Part shown: piece by piece, positions 9,635 through 18,592 of the stretch
How the letters are laid out: each line of letters starts with the position of its first letter
Position numbering within the stretch: the first letter of the stretch is position 1
Assembly: GCA_963711835.1 (NCBI GenBank)
Contig: CAVQFQ010000005.1
Location: 256,001 to 320,000, forward strand
Length of the DNA stretch: 64,000 nucleotides
Direction of reading: 5' to 3'
DNA from: an uncultured delta proteobacterium
Lineage (GTDB): Bacteria; Desulfobacterota; RBG-13-43-22
The notes under the pieces: generated by a model
Databases searched by the model: none
Seen by the model: only the letters and a program-made list of their open reading frames with translations
What the model was told of the DNA's origin: nothing
Position numbers and translations under genes: made by a program

Positions 9635-10410
9635 ATTCCCTGCCCGGAACCGATTCCGCTTTCGCCATCGAAATTAAGAATCTCGGGGTCAGCCTGCGCA
9701 AGGTGGAAATCCTGAAAGAAGTATCCTGCATTATTCCGGCCGGGCAAACAACGGCCATCATCGGTCCCAATGGAGCCGGCAAGACCACCCTGCTCCTGGC
9801 GGTCTTAGGTTTGATCCCCTACTCGGGAGAAATTATTTTTCATGGGCCTTCAGACGCCCCGCCTTCCATCGGGTACGTCCCCCAGAGGCTGGAATTCGAC
9901 CGCGGACTGCCCTGCACGGTGGAGGATCTCCTGGCCGCTTCCATCGGCGGGAAGGCCCTCTGGTTGGGAACAAACAAACGGACCCGGGCCCGGATCCGGG
10001 AGCGGTTGGCCGGCGTGGGCGCTCAGGAATTGGGAAATCGGTTTTTAGGAAAACTATCAGGCGGGGAAATGCAGCGGGTTCTGCTGGCCATGGCCCTGGA
10101 AGGAAAACCTTCCATCCTGCTCCTGGACGAACCGACCGCCGGTATCGATATCCCGGGTGAGCAGTTGTTCTGCGATCTCCTTTCCGATATTCAAAAACAG
10201 GTTAATTTAACCGTGATTCTTATCTCCCATGATTTGTCGGTGGTCACCAATCATGCCAACCACGTCATCTGTCTGAATAAAACCGTCCGTTGCTGCGGGG
10301 GTTTAAGCACCTTAACCGAAGAAAACCTGCTCAAGACCTTCGGGCTTCATATTCAGATTTACCCCCACAGCCATGGCCCTCACCCCTTCCCGAAACGGAT
10401 CGACTCGTAG
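9631..10410 (+). CDS. znuC: Metal ABC transporter ATPase (ZnuC-like)
   Basis: GPNGAGKT, YVPQ, LSGGEMQR, LLLDEPT, SHDL. Confidence 0.9.
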   Translation: MNSLPGTDSAFAIEIKNLGVSLRKVEILKEVSCIIPAGQTTAIIGPNGAGKTTLLLAVLGLIPYSGEIIFHGPSDAPPSIGYVPQRLEFDRGLPCTVEDLLAASIGGKALWLGTNKRTRARIRERLAGVGAQELGNRFLGKLSGGEMQRVLLAMALEGKPSILLLDEPTAGIDIPGEQLFCDLLSDIQKQVNLTVILISHDLSVVTNHANHVICLNKTVRCCGGLSTLTEENLLKTFGLHIQIYPHSHGPHPFPKRIDS

Positions 10411-10412
10411 CC

Positions 10413-11255
10413 ATGGAAGCCTTCCTTTCATCCTTGGTCCAATCCCTTCAAGCTTCTCTGCCTTTTGAGTGGGCCCAATTCGCCTTCATCTGGCGGGCCA
10501 TTCTGGCCATGCTTATCATTGCCCCCTTGTGTGCCGTCATGGGGGTCCACGTAGTCAATTTTCGAATGGCCTTCTTCTCGGATGCCATCAGCCATTCCAC
10601 CTTTGCCGGGGTAGCCCTGGGCGTCCTCTGGGGGGTGGATCCGCTCTATACCCTGATCGGGTTCGGCCTATTGGCCGGCCTCAGCATTACCACCATCAAG
10701 GGCCGTTCGGAACTCTCTTCGGACACGGTCATCAGTGTTATCTTATCGGCTACCGTAGCCTTGGGGATAACCCTGCTCTATGCCCAAAAACAAACCCGGA
10801 ACATGGAGGCTTATCTTTACGGGGCCATACTTTCTCTGAGCGATTCGGAATTGCTGTTATTGTTCTGGATCGGCCTGCTGGTCTTTTTAGCCATGGGCCT
10901 CCTGTTTAACCGCCTCTTCATCCTGAGCCTGAATCGTGAACTGGCCGCCTCCCGCGGCATTTATGTCAAAGTCCTGGAGTACGGATTTTCCCTGACCCTG
11001 GCTTTGATAGTCACCTTCAGCATCCGGGCGGTGGGGCTTTTTCTGGTCACCGCCATGCTGGTGGTGCCGGCGGCTACGGCCCGGAACCTGGCCAGGGGGA
11101 TGTTTAGCCTCTTCTGGATAGCCATCGCCTGTTCCCTGACAGCCGGCCTTTCCGGGATCATCCTTTCGTTTTATTGGAATTCACCGGCCGGGGCGACTAC
11201 CATCCTGATCGGCTGTGTCCTTTTTCTTTTATCGTGGCTGAGGGGCCGGATTTAG
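10413..11255 (+). CDS. znuB: Metal ABC transporter permease (ZnuB-like)
   Basis: MAFFSDAISH motif, multi-TM; ATG at 10413 just after the znuC stop. Confidence 0.88.
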   Translation: MEAFLSSLVQSLQASLPFEWAQFAFIWRAILAMLIIAPLCAVMGVHVVNFRMAFFSDAISHSTFAGVALGVLWGVDPLYTLIGFGLLAGLSITTIKGRSELSSDTVISVILSATVALGITLLYAQKQTRNMEAYLYGAILSLSDSELLLLFWIGLLVFLAMGLLFNRLFILSLNRELAASRGIYVKVLEYGFSLTLALIVTFSIRAVGLFLVTAMLVVPAATARNLARGMFSLFWIAIACSLTAGLSGIILSFYWNSPAGATTILIGCVLFLLSWLRGRI

Positions 11256-11759
11256 GATGGGCTGGGTAAATGAGCCGGTAGGCAAAGGGCTTGGTACAGG
11301 AGTTCCCCGGAAGTCCCCGGTTCCACCGGGAAGGTCCGTTCCGGGCCTCTCCCGGAATGCAAGGCCTGATGGGCGTTGTTATAATCCGTATAATCCAACT
11401 CCTCAAAGGTCCTTTTCGGGCAATCCAGTTCAAAAAGGGCCAGGGTGTAAAAATAGGCCTCGTAGCCCCGGCTGCTCAGGCCGGCTTCTTTTCGCTTTTG
11501 GATGGCCCTTTCGATGGTTTCAAACTGCTTTAACCAGACCCGCATCCTATCCGGGGCAGGCCGCGTAATCGAGGTCCGGTCATAATAAACCGTGCTGCCG
11601 TTTCTTTCATAGATAAGCACCAGGGTGGCTTCCGGGTTTCCCGTTTCTTTCCCCCGTTGTTTTTTCGCTTTGCTCTTTGGTTCCACAGAAGGCCAAGACG
11701 GCGGCTATGATCACGATCAAAGCCGGAAAGGCCTGTTTTCTTTTTAGCCAATTTTTCAT
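11252..11759 (-). CDS. Putative lipoprotein with surface-adhesin-E-like domain; +1 frameshift at 11651-11655
   Basis: ATG at 11759 gives MKNWLKRKQAFPALIVIIAAVLAF-C; removing one G from the G5 run joins it to ...VYYDRTSI..RVWLK..ELDC...VEPGTSGELLYQALC. Confidence 0.65.
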
Positions 11760-11914
11760 TACGGCCTACTCGTTAACTCTTTTTTATTTTTTAGCATTTC
11801 CCTTGTACCCTTGAATCCTCGACTCCTGGAATCCTGGATCATCGCCAACTTTGTTGGCGATGATCCATTATATTTTATTCTTGCCCAACCTGTCAAAGTC
11901 GTTTAGAAACAACT

Positions 11915-13141
11915 ATGGCCTGGCCCTATTACTATACCGTCTGGGGAGTGCTGATTTTCGGCTGGATCACGAATTACCTGGTCCGGGCCGGTCTTTCCCC
12001 GGTATTGATCCCCCTGATGGAGGAATTCAATCTTAATTATTCCCAGGCCGGACTGCTGGCCAGCGCCTTCTTCTACGCCTACGCCCTCATGCAGTTTCCG
12101 GCCGGCTACCTGGGGGACCGCCTCGGTAAAAAGCGCATCCTGATCATCTGCTCCCTGGGCTGGGGATTGACCTCCCTCGGGACAGCCCTGGCCCCGACCT
12201 TTGCGGTCCTTTTTTTATTCCGCTTTCTGACCGGTCTGGCCGAAGGGACCTATTTCAGCAACGATCGGCCGATCATCGCCTACTACACCCCGGCTGAAAA
12301 GGCCGGTTTTGGGCAGGGGCTGTCCTTCACCGGACTGGGAATAGGCCTGTTCCTCGGAATCCTGCTGGCCGGTTGGATCTGCGAAGCATGGGGCTGGCGG
12401 GCTGTTTTTTTCATTTTCACCTTGCCGGCCCTGGCCGCTTCTTTTCTAATCAGCCGGATCATCAAAGAACCACCCCGTGGAACCTATCCGGCAGGCGGGG
12501 GGAGAAACATCCCCCTGGCCTCCCTCTTTCGACATCGTGATCTCTGGTTGCTTTATCTCGGCGGAATCCCGGGGGTCTATACTCTTTGGATGGTCGGGTC
12601 CTGGGCCCCGGCCATGCTGAAGGAAGCCGGCATGGCCAGCTTGACCGGGGCATCCCTTTATTCCAGCCTCCTCGGGATCTCGGCTGTACCGGGATTGATC
12701 ATAACGGGTTGGATCAGTGATCGGTTGGTAAAAAAAGGCAAAGGCCGGAAGGGATTGATCGCTGTGGAATTCCTGGCCATGGCCCTGCTTATGTTCATTT
12801 TCGGCTGGGGGATTTCAGAGCGTTGGGAAGGATGGATTTTGGGTGTTTTAATATTCCTGATCGGATTTTTCGTCTGGGGCCACTGGGCCGCTTATTATTC
12901 CCTCCTCCCTTCCCTGGTTCCACAGGAAATTCACGGCACCGTTTTTGGGCTGACCAATTCCATTCACTTCATCGGCGGTTTTCTGGCCCCCTGGCTGACC
13001 GGTTTGATCAAGGACACCACCGCCTCCTTTTCTTACGCCTGCTACGGAGCGGCCTTATTCACCCTCATGGGAAGCCTGATCATCTTGGCCGTCCGGCCGG
13101 CCTTCCGCTGGGGAGAAGAAAAACCATTGCCCATGAAGTAA
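11915..13141 (+). CDS. MFS transporter
   Basis: About 12 TM; motif A GYLGDRLGKKR. Confidence 0.92.
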   Translation: MAWPYYYTVWGVLIFGWITNYLVRAGLSPVLIPLMEEFNLNYSQAGLLASAFFYAYALMQFPAGYLGDRLGKKRILIICSLGWGLTSLGTALAPTFAVLFLFRFLTGLAEGTYFSNDRPIIAYYTPAEKAGFGQGLSFTGLGIGLFLGILLAGWICEAWGWRAVFFIFTLPALAASFLISRIIKEPPRGTYPAGGGRNIPLASLFRHRDLWLLYLGGIPGVYTLWMVGSWAPAMLKEAGMASLTGASLYSSLLGISAVPGLIITGWISDRLVKKGKGRKGLIAVEFLAMALLMFIFGWGISERWEGWILGVLIFLIGFFVWGHWAAYYSLLPSLVPQEIHGTVFGLTNSIHFIGGFLAPWLTGLIKDTTASFSYACYGAALFTLMGSLIILAVRPAFRWGEEKPLPMK

Positions 13142-13153
13142 GCAACCTTTCAA

Positions 13154-13191
13154 TTTTACCCATAACTGCTTTGAGTGGATATGGGTAAAAA
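13154..13191. repeat. 38-bp palindromic direct repeat, copy 1
   Basis: ttttacccataactgctttgagtggatatgggtaaaaa; 35/38 identical to 17744-17781. Confidence 0.85.
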
Positions 13192-13250
13192 TTGTTTTTA
13201 GAAAAGGGAAACAAAGAGTTGTAGTGAGTAATCGAGATGGGGACGCCAGA

Positions 13251-13291
13251 ATAATAAAGGGGGATGCCTTGGCGGTTTCCCCCTTTATTAT
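13251..13291. terminator. Probable bidirectional intrinsic terminator
   Basis: Stem ataataaaggggga/tccccctttattat between convergent genes. Confidence 0.6.
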
Positions 13292-13307
13292 CCGGCGATT
13301 CCTTACA

Positions 13308-14546
13308 CTAATTCTTCAAAATCAAGGGCAGGTCCAGTTTGTTGGGCAGGGGATCGTATTCGTAGGCCCCCATATCCACCATCAGCCCCCGGCCTGAATT
13401 CCCGTCGACAATCCTCTTCCGGCCGTCGAGATCGGCCGCCGGCAGGGTAAATCCTGAGATTGAATTGACACCGCTGTCAATACAGGGAGAGTCACTTTCC
13501 AGATGATAATTCCCCCCCCCGACGAATTTAGGATCCAAGTTGATGTTAGCCGTAAGGGTAGGAGTGACGGGAGTGACGGGCCAAATCCCCAGATACTGGT
13601 AATCGGAGTTGGCAATGGTTACACTATTTCCCGGAATGGTATTGGAAACAGACTGAAAGATATCTTGTGAATCGAGCCATCCTACTAAAGTAGAGTTCCC
13701 TCGGATAATATTATTATACAAACGGTGTGCGAAGCCGGCGGCGGCTAAATATATTCCCCCTCCGTGGGTGTAGGCCTGGTTTCCGGTGACGGTATTGTTG
13801 ACAAAATCTATGGCCCCCCCGACAGCATAGAGGATGATCCCGCCGGCCGCTCCACTATCTGTATCGTTGTGATTGACGATATTATCATAAATCAAATTGT
13901 TAAAAACGGAGCAACTATTTGAATTAGAACAATAGACATAGGCGCCACCAGCAACAGTATTTAAAGTTGTCCCGATCACTCCGGCTGTGTTGTTTTTTAT
14001 AATATTATTTGAAAGGGTTTTAAATCCAAGATCGAGAATGAGTCCTCCACCCACCTGCTGAGCGAAATTCTGATCAAAAATATTTTTATTAACCGTTACT
14101 TCCCCCGGGGAAGTGGTTCGGGCGAGAAGACCGCCACCGTAAGCACCCGTAATACTTCCATTTATTATATTAAACCCCTCAACCTTAATATTGCCGGTTG
14201 CGCCATTGGTTGCCAAAATGGTTAAGACTCGGCCGCTGGCATTTCCATTTAAGGTAGTATTTAAAGGCTCCAGGGTTCGAGTGGTGAAACTCACATTCCA
14301 GCCGCCCTCGATAGTAAGATCGAAATTTTCAGTGACTGCGGGGTCGTAGGTAAAATTTCCTACATAAGTTCCCTGGGCCACCCGGATGGTATCGGATGCA
14401 CCGTTTGCCTGAGCTGAAGTTAAGGCAGTCTGAAGTCCAGATGCGTCAGTCACATTAAAGGTGGCGGCCCAGCCCATTCCGCCCATTACTAAAACCATGA
14501 TCAGCAAGCCTAATGCCTTAATCACCAATCCCACTCTAATTTTCAT
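13308..14546 (-). CDS. Secreted parallel beta-helix protein with choice-of-anchor-Q-like motif and C-terminal LDLPLILKN tail
   Basis: Signal peptide, Asn/Gly-rich GGG..NN repeats, SPCIDSG...DLDGRKR...VDMGAYEY. Confidence 0.8.
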   Translation of the reverse strand: MKIRVGLVIKALGLLIMVLVMGGMGWAATFNVTDASGLQTALTSAQANGASDTIRVAQGTYVGNFTYDPAVTENFDLTIEGGWNVSFTTRTLEPLNTTLNGNASGRVLTILATNGATGNIKVEGFNIINGSITGAYGGGLLARTTSPGEVTVNKNIFDQNFAQQVGGGLILDLGFKTLSNNIIKNNTAGVIGTTLNTVAGGAYVYCSNSNSCSVFNNLIYDNIVNHNDTDSGAAGGIILYAVGGAIDFVNNTVTGNQAYTHGGGIYLAAAGFAHRLYNNIIRGNSTLVGWLDSQDIFQSVSNTIPGNSVTIANSDYQYLGIWPVTPVTPTLTANINLDPKFVGGGNYHLESDSPCIDSGVNSISGFTLPAADLDGRKRIVDGNSGRGLMVDMGAYEYDPLPNKLDLPLILKN

Positions 14547-14592
14547 TCTCCACCCTCCTCAGAATTTTAAATTTGCGAAATATCACCAAATC

Positions 14593-14687
14593 CGTCACCC
14601 CGGCGAAGGCCGGGGTCCAGACGTCGTCCCGGTAGAAGCCGGGAACCATACCAAAGAACCTGGATTCCGACTTTCGTCGGAATGACG
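14593..14687. repeat. REP-like palindromic element (GTCA..CCGGCGAAGGCCGGGGTCCA...TGGATTCCG..CGGAATGAC)
   Basis: Two inverted hairpin units; a related half-unit lies near 39707-39734. Confidence 0.75.
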
Positions 14688-14763
14688 AAAAAAACGGTTT
14701 TTGACTTTTTACGACTTCATTATGAGATAGCATAAAAATCTATCGGCTTCCAACCTCATCTGT

Positions 14764-14811
14764 AAAACCCCCCCTCAGTCCTCCTTTGGCAAGGTGGGGG
14801 AAGGGGGATTT
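14764..14811. repeat. Poly-C/poly-G palindromic repeat
   Basis: aaaccccccctcagtcctcctttggcaaggtgggggaagggggattt; related copy at 54244-54290. Confidence 0.6.
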
Positions 14812-17479
14812 ACTGCCTCAGGATCAAGGGCAGGAACAGGAAGCTGGTTCCCTTGATTTCTTTAAAACCCACATCGAACATGGGAGTGCCGGAGGCATAG
14901 TCTATTTCATAGACCATTAAGAAACTGCCGAACCCATAGGCAACTTTGGGGAACTGTTGATCGTTCACGGTTCGAATAACCCCGAAATTAGGCCAGGTCG
15001 GAAGTCCGTTTCCATCAAACCACTGGCCGTAAATGTCCCACCCGGTAGTTGGTTCGTTTCGTTTATCCTGCCAGGCTGCTAAAAATCTTTGGTTCATCGA
15101 GTCATAAGCCGTAGAGACATACCTCTGATACCCAACAGCGGCTCCTATAGGGAAGCTGTTTCCCACCAGAGTTCCGTCGTGATTCACCACCCGGCCATAG
15201 ATGTCGACGTCTCCGTTGCGGCTGTCCTCCCAGGCCACCAGGTATTTTTGAGTCGTTGGATTGAAGGCCACGGCCGGGTAGATCTGGTCCCCTGGGGATG
15301 AGGTACTTTCCACAATGCGAAAGTTGCTTCCTATAAGGGTGCGGTTAGAGGCAATTAATTGCCCGAATATTTCTACCTCGTGTGTCGGGGAGTCCCTGAC
15401 GTCGGCAAAGACAACCAGGAACTGATTGTTCCCTGGATCAAAGGCCACAGCGGGCAATCCCTGATCTGACCCGACAACGGCGGAAACAGCAAACTCATCC
15501 GCCCCTTGGGCAACGTCTTTGACGAAAAATCGTCCGAAAACATCCTCTTCATCAGTTGGGAAAGTATATTTGTTCCAAACCGCCAGGGTTTGATTGTTGG
15601 TTCCATCGTAGGCGATAGCTGGTCCATAATAAGCAACACCGGCCTTGTTCGAAACCGTAAAATTATACCCGTCCAGGGTCCCGTCGGGATTGACCAACTG
15701 TCCCTGGATATCCATATCATTGGTGGAGGCGTTGAAGATATCCCAGACCGCCACGAATTTTTGGTGGAAGGCATCATAGGTTACGGCGGAGAGCATCCGG
15801 TTATAGGACTTCTGTTCGCTGATCTGAAACTGATCGGCATTCGGTGTCCCATCGGGGTTGATGAGACGCCCGTAAAGCCGGCCGCCGCCGGTTCCGTCTG
15901 CTGAGTTGTAAACCGCCAGGTAGCGGTTGTTGACCGGATCGTAGGCCAGGTTCGGGTCCCCCCTGCCAGAGGCATTGGCATAAGGGCCGTTATCGTATTC
16001 ATAGGCCCCCATATCCACGGTTTCTGAAATACCCCCATCTAAAATCCTCTGCCGGCCATCGAGGTCGGAACTGGTCGGATAGAGTTGATACAGGGGAGTG
16101 CCTGATGGATTGTTGGTGCCGGTATCCTTGCACGGGGAGGTGGCGGCCAGGTGGAAATTATTGTTGGTAAAGTCAACAAAATCAGGGATGATGTTTAGAT
16201 TACCCGTGCCCGTATATCCTCCTTGAACGTCACTATACGCGACTGTGACAGATCCGGATCCGGATTGATAAATAGGATTTGTACCGTTATCCCAGAATAT
16301 AGAGTTGGTTACATTCAAAGTTTGAACCCTATTATAGATGGCTCCTCCGTAAGTCTGACCGCCTAAAGTCCGATTTTTAACAAAAGTACAGTTATGTACA
16401 TTCACCGTTCTGCCAGACGCAGTCGGATTATATATGGTGATTCCGCCTCCGGCTCCGTCACCACTGGCGCCACATTGGTTATTGAGGAATAGGGTGTTAA
16501 AGATATTCGCATTACCGTTCCAGATATGAATTCCCGCGCCCCAGTAGCTTGATTTTTTTCCTGAGATAATACAGTTTACCAAGGTAAGGGTCCCAACCGC
16601 ACCGGTGGTGCCTCCAAAGTAATGATTAATAGCCCCCCCTCCTGAGGTACTGTTATCCGCGTTCCCGTAGAACCTTGAGTTTTTGATTACAGGGGAGGCG
16701 TAATTTATTATATCACTCCCGCCTTCATTAAGTACTGAGGTCTTATTATTGTCAAATGAACATCGGTCAATAACAGGAGAAAGGGTATAAGGTGCATGTA
16801 TGAAAATCCCACCTCCTCCAGTGGCGGAATTATAAGAAAAAACACTGTCTGTCAGCTCGAAGTAACCATTCGCATACATCCCGCCGCCATAATATCCAGT
16901 GGATATGTTATTTTGAAAGATACATTTTTTTACATAGAGGTTGAGCGTACCCCCATTGGCCTGATAGGCTGACAATCCTGCGCCATATAATGGGGGTAAC
17001 GAAGGATTATTCGAATATCCTCTTATAATGGTCAGGTTTTCTATTTTAAAAGTAAAATTAAAACTTGCCCCATCGGCCTTTATTTCAAGAACCCGGTAAC
17101 TATTTCCTCCATCTAATGAAGTAAGGTTTGGATCAAGGCTCTGGTAGGTAAAGCCACTGTTCCAGCCTCCCGAGATTTTTATCGATCTGGTGTAATCAGA
17201 AGCAGCCGGGGTATATGAAAAGCCACCTGCAGGAGAAGAGGTCGCATAATAGGGTTCCGCCTGGAGATAAAGGATATCATCTTGGCCATTGGCCCTGGCT
17301 GTAGTCAGAGCTGCCTTAAGGTTCGCCGGGGTAACCGGGGAAGCGCCATCTCCTGTCCCGGAAGAAGAAACATAAATCGTCGCCGCCCAAAGCGATGATG
17401 GGGTTAAGGTTAGGAATAGAAGGACAAAGAGACAAGATAACATGATTCTTTTTGGGGTTAAAAGTCCTGTAAGTTTCAT
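14810..17479 (-). CDS. Large secreted protein: beta-helix, choice-of-anchor-Q-like motif, 6-7 propeller-like repeats, C-terminal FLFLPLILRQ tail
   Basis: Signal peptide; SPCKDTG...DLDGRQR...VDMGAYEY; repeated P.VA(Y/F)D....(F/Y)L..W.D......DIYG units. Confidence 0.82.
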   Translation of the reverse strand: MKLTGLLTPKRIMLSCLFVLLFLTLTPSSLWAATIYVSSSGTGDGASPVTPANLKAALTTARANGQDDILYLQAEPYYATSSPAGGFSYTPAASDYTRSIKISGGWNSGFTYQSLDPNLTSLDGGNSYRVLEIKADGASFNFTFKIENLTIIRGYSNNPSLPPLYGAGLSAYQANGGTLNLYVKKCIFQNNISTGYYGGGMYANGYFELTDSVFSYNSATGGGGIFIHAPYTLSPVIDRCSFDNNKTSVLNEGGSDIINYASPVIKNSRFYGNADNSTSGGGAINHYFGGTTGAVGTLTLVNCIISGKKSSYWGAGIHIWNGNANIFNTLFLNNQCGASGDGAGGGITIYNPTASGRTVNVHNCTFVKNRTLGGQTYGGAIYNRVQTLNVTNSIFWDNGTNPIYQSGSGSVTVAYSDVQGGYTGTGNLNIIPDFVDFTNNNFHLAATSPCKDTGTNNPSGTPLYQLYPTSSDLDGRQRILDGGISETVDMGAYEYDNGPYANASGRGDPNLAYDPVNNRYLAVYNSADGTGGGRLYGRLINPDGTPNADQFQISEQKSYNRMLSAVTYDAFHQKFVAVWDIFNASTNDMDIQGQLVNPDGTLDGYNFTVSNKAGVAYYGPAIAYDGTNNQTLAVWNKYTFPTDEEDVFGRFFVKDVAQGADEFAVSAVVGSDQGLPAVAFDPGNNQFLVVFADVRDSPTHEVEIFGQLIASNRTLIGSNFRIVESTSSPGDQIYPAVAFNPTTQKYLVAWEDSRNGDVDIYGRVVNHDGTLVGNSFPIGAAVGYQRYVSTAYDSMNQRFLAAWQDKRNEPTTGWDIYGQWFDGNGLPTWPNFGVIRTVNDQQFPKVAYGFGSFLMVYEIDYASGTPMFDVGFKEIKGTSFLFLPLILRQ

Positions 17480-17743
17480 GGGTTATCCTCCTTCCCGATC
17501 GTTTGATTCATTTCGTCCTAAAAACACAAAATCCCGCCTTCATGAGGAGGCGGGGTTATCTATTAATCCCAAAAGAGAATAAAGGTCCATATTGTTAATT
17601 TTCTCACAAACAATTGAACCATATCTTGACTTTAGAGTCAAGGGGAATTTGATTAGAAATGTAATAAAATAATGGCGATAGAATGGCTACCAATTCTGCA
17701 TATCCCCTGAGGTTGATACGGGACCTATGACAGCAATAAAAGT

Positions 17744-17781
17744 TTTTACCCATAAATGCTTTGAGTAGATATGGGCAAAAA
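17744..17781. repeat. 38-bp palindromic direct repeat, copy 2
   Basis: ttttacccataaatgctttgagtagatatgggcaaaaa. Confidence 0.85.
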
Positions 17782-17788
17782 AGGAAGG

Positions 17789-18325
17789 TTAGGCCTCCGG
17801 CTGTTTTAGTAAGAGATTTAGAAAGCGGTCAAGGTTTTGCTCCACCCATTGATCCAATATCGGATAATCCGTAGCGTTGATGGGATGGGGGATGAGGGCA
17901 AAGGGATAATCGGGAAAGCCGTGGGCCAGGGCCATGGCCTTACCGGAATTCAGGAAGGGTTCGGTACAAACCACCGCGGTCGGGACGCCCAGCTTTTCCA
18001 TGATGATGCCGTCGAGCACACTGCCCGAACTGCAGGAGCCTCAATCCCCGATACCGGCGATGACGGCCTGCGCCTTGGCAGCCAGATCCCGGGCCATCTT
18101 TTCCGGAATGCCGTGTGAAGCGGAAGGCTTTTTGACAAATTCCAGGGAAATATGGGCATACCGTTCCTGTAACCGCGACATTATTTTTTTCAGGACATAG
18201 TCGGAATTCCGCTTGCTGTTATCGATGAGCCCGATGGTCAGGCCCTCCAGGGATGTTGGTCGAGGGGCCAATTGAAAAGATGTTTCGACCGGTTGATCAA
18301 TAGGTTCAAGAACGGTATAAGCCAT
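17789..18325 (-). CDS. UGSC-family selenoprotein (178 aa, Sec95 encoded by TGA at 18041-18043)
   Basis: ORF-track pieces 18041..18457 and 17789..18019 share a frame; read-through gives ...AGIGD-U-GSCSSGSVLDGIIMEKLGVPT...; AAGGAGG RBS before ATG 18325; SECIS-like hairpin follows. Confidence 0.9.
18007..18034 (-). promoter_or_regulatory. Candidate bacterial SECIS element
   Basis: TGC-A-GT-(T bulge)-CGGGCA-GTG-TGCTCG-AC-G-GCA; apical loop starts with G, 19 nt after the UGA. Confidence 0.7.
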
Positions 18326-18345
18326 TATTATCCTCCTTAAATTTC

Positions 18346-18582
18346 TTGCCACAGACAAGCCTGAACAGGGTGACGACGACATTGTCGTCACCCTAATCGT
18401 CAGGCCCGCCCTGCCTGCAGCAGGCAAGCAGGGCGGGCACAAAAACAATAGCATCACCTCTCAATAGACTTGAAGTAATTTCATTTGCGCCAGCAACAGC
18501 GGATTTTGCCCGGCCCCGTCTTTGTTGGGGCCGGACAAAAATAATATTGTCCGTAGTGGTCCGTGTGAGTCGGTGGCAAAAA
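18346..18582. repeat. MITE-like element bounded by TTGCCACAGAC / GTC(G/T)GTGGCAA with three internal hairpins
   Basis: Ends and internal accctaatcgtc shared with 63627-63728. Confidence 0.6.
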
Positions 18583-18592
18583 TATCTTGCGC

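Noticed and set aside
13154-17781. CRISPR array from the 38-bp palindromic repeats
   Set aside because: Only two copies 4.6 kb apart, no spacers, no cas genes
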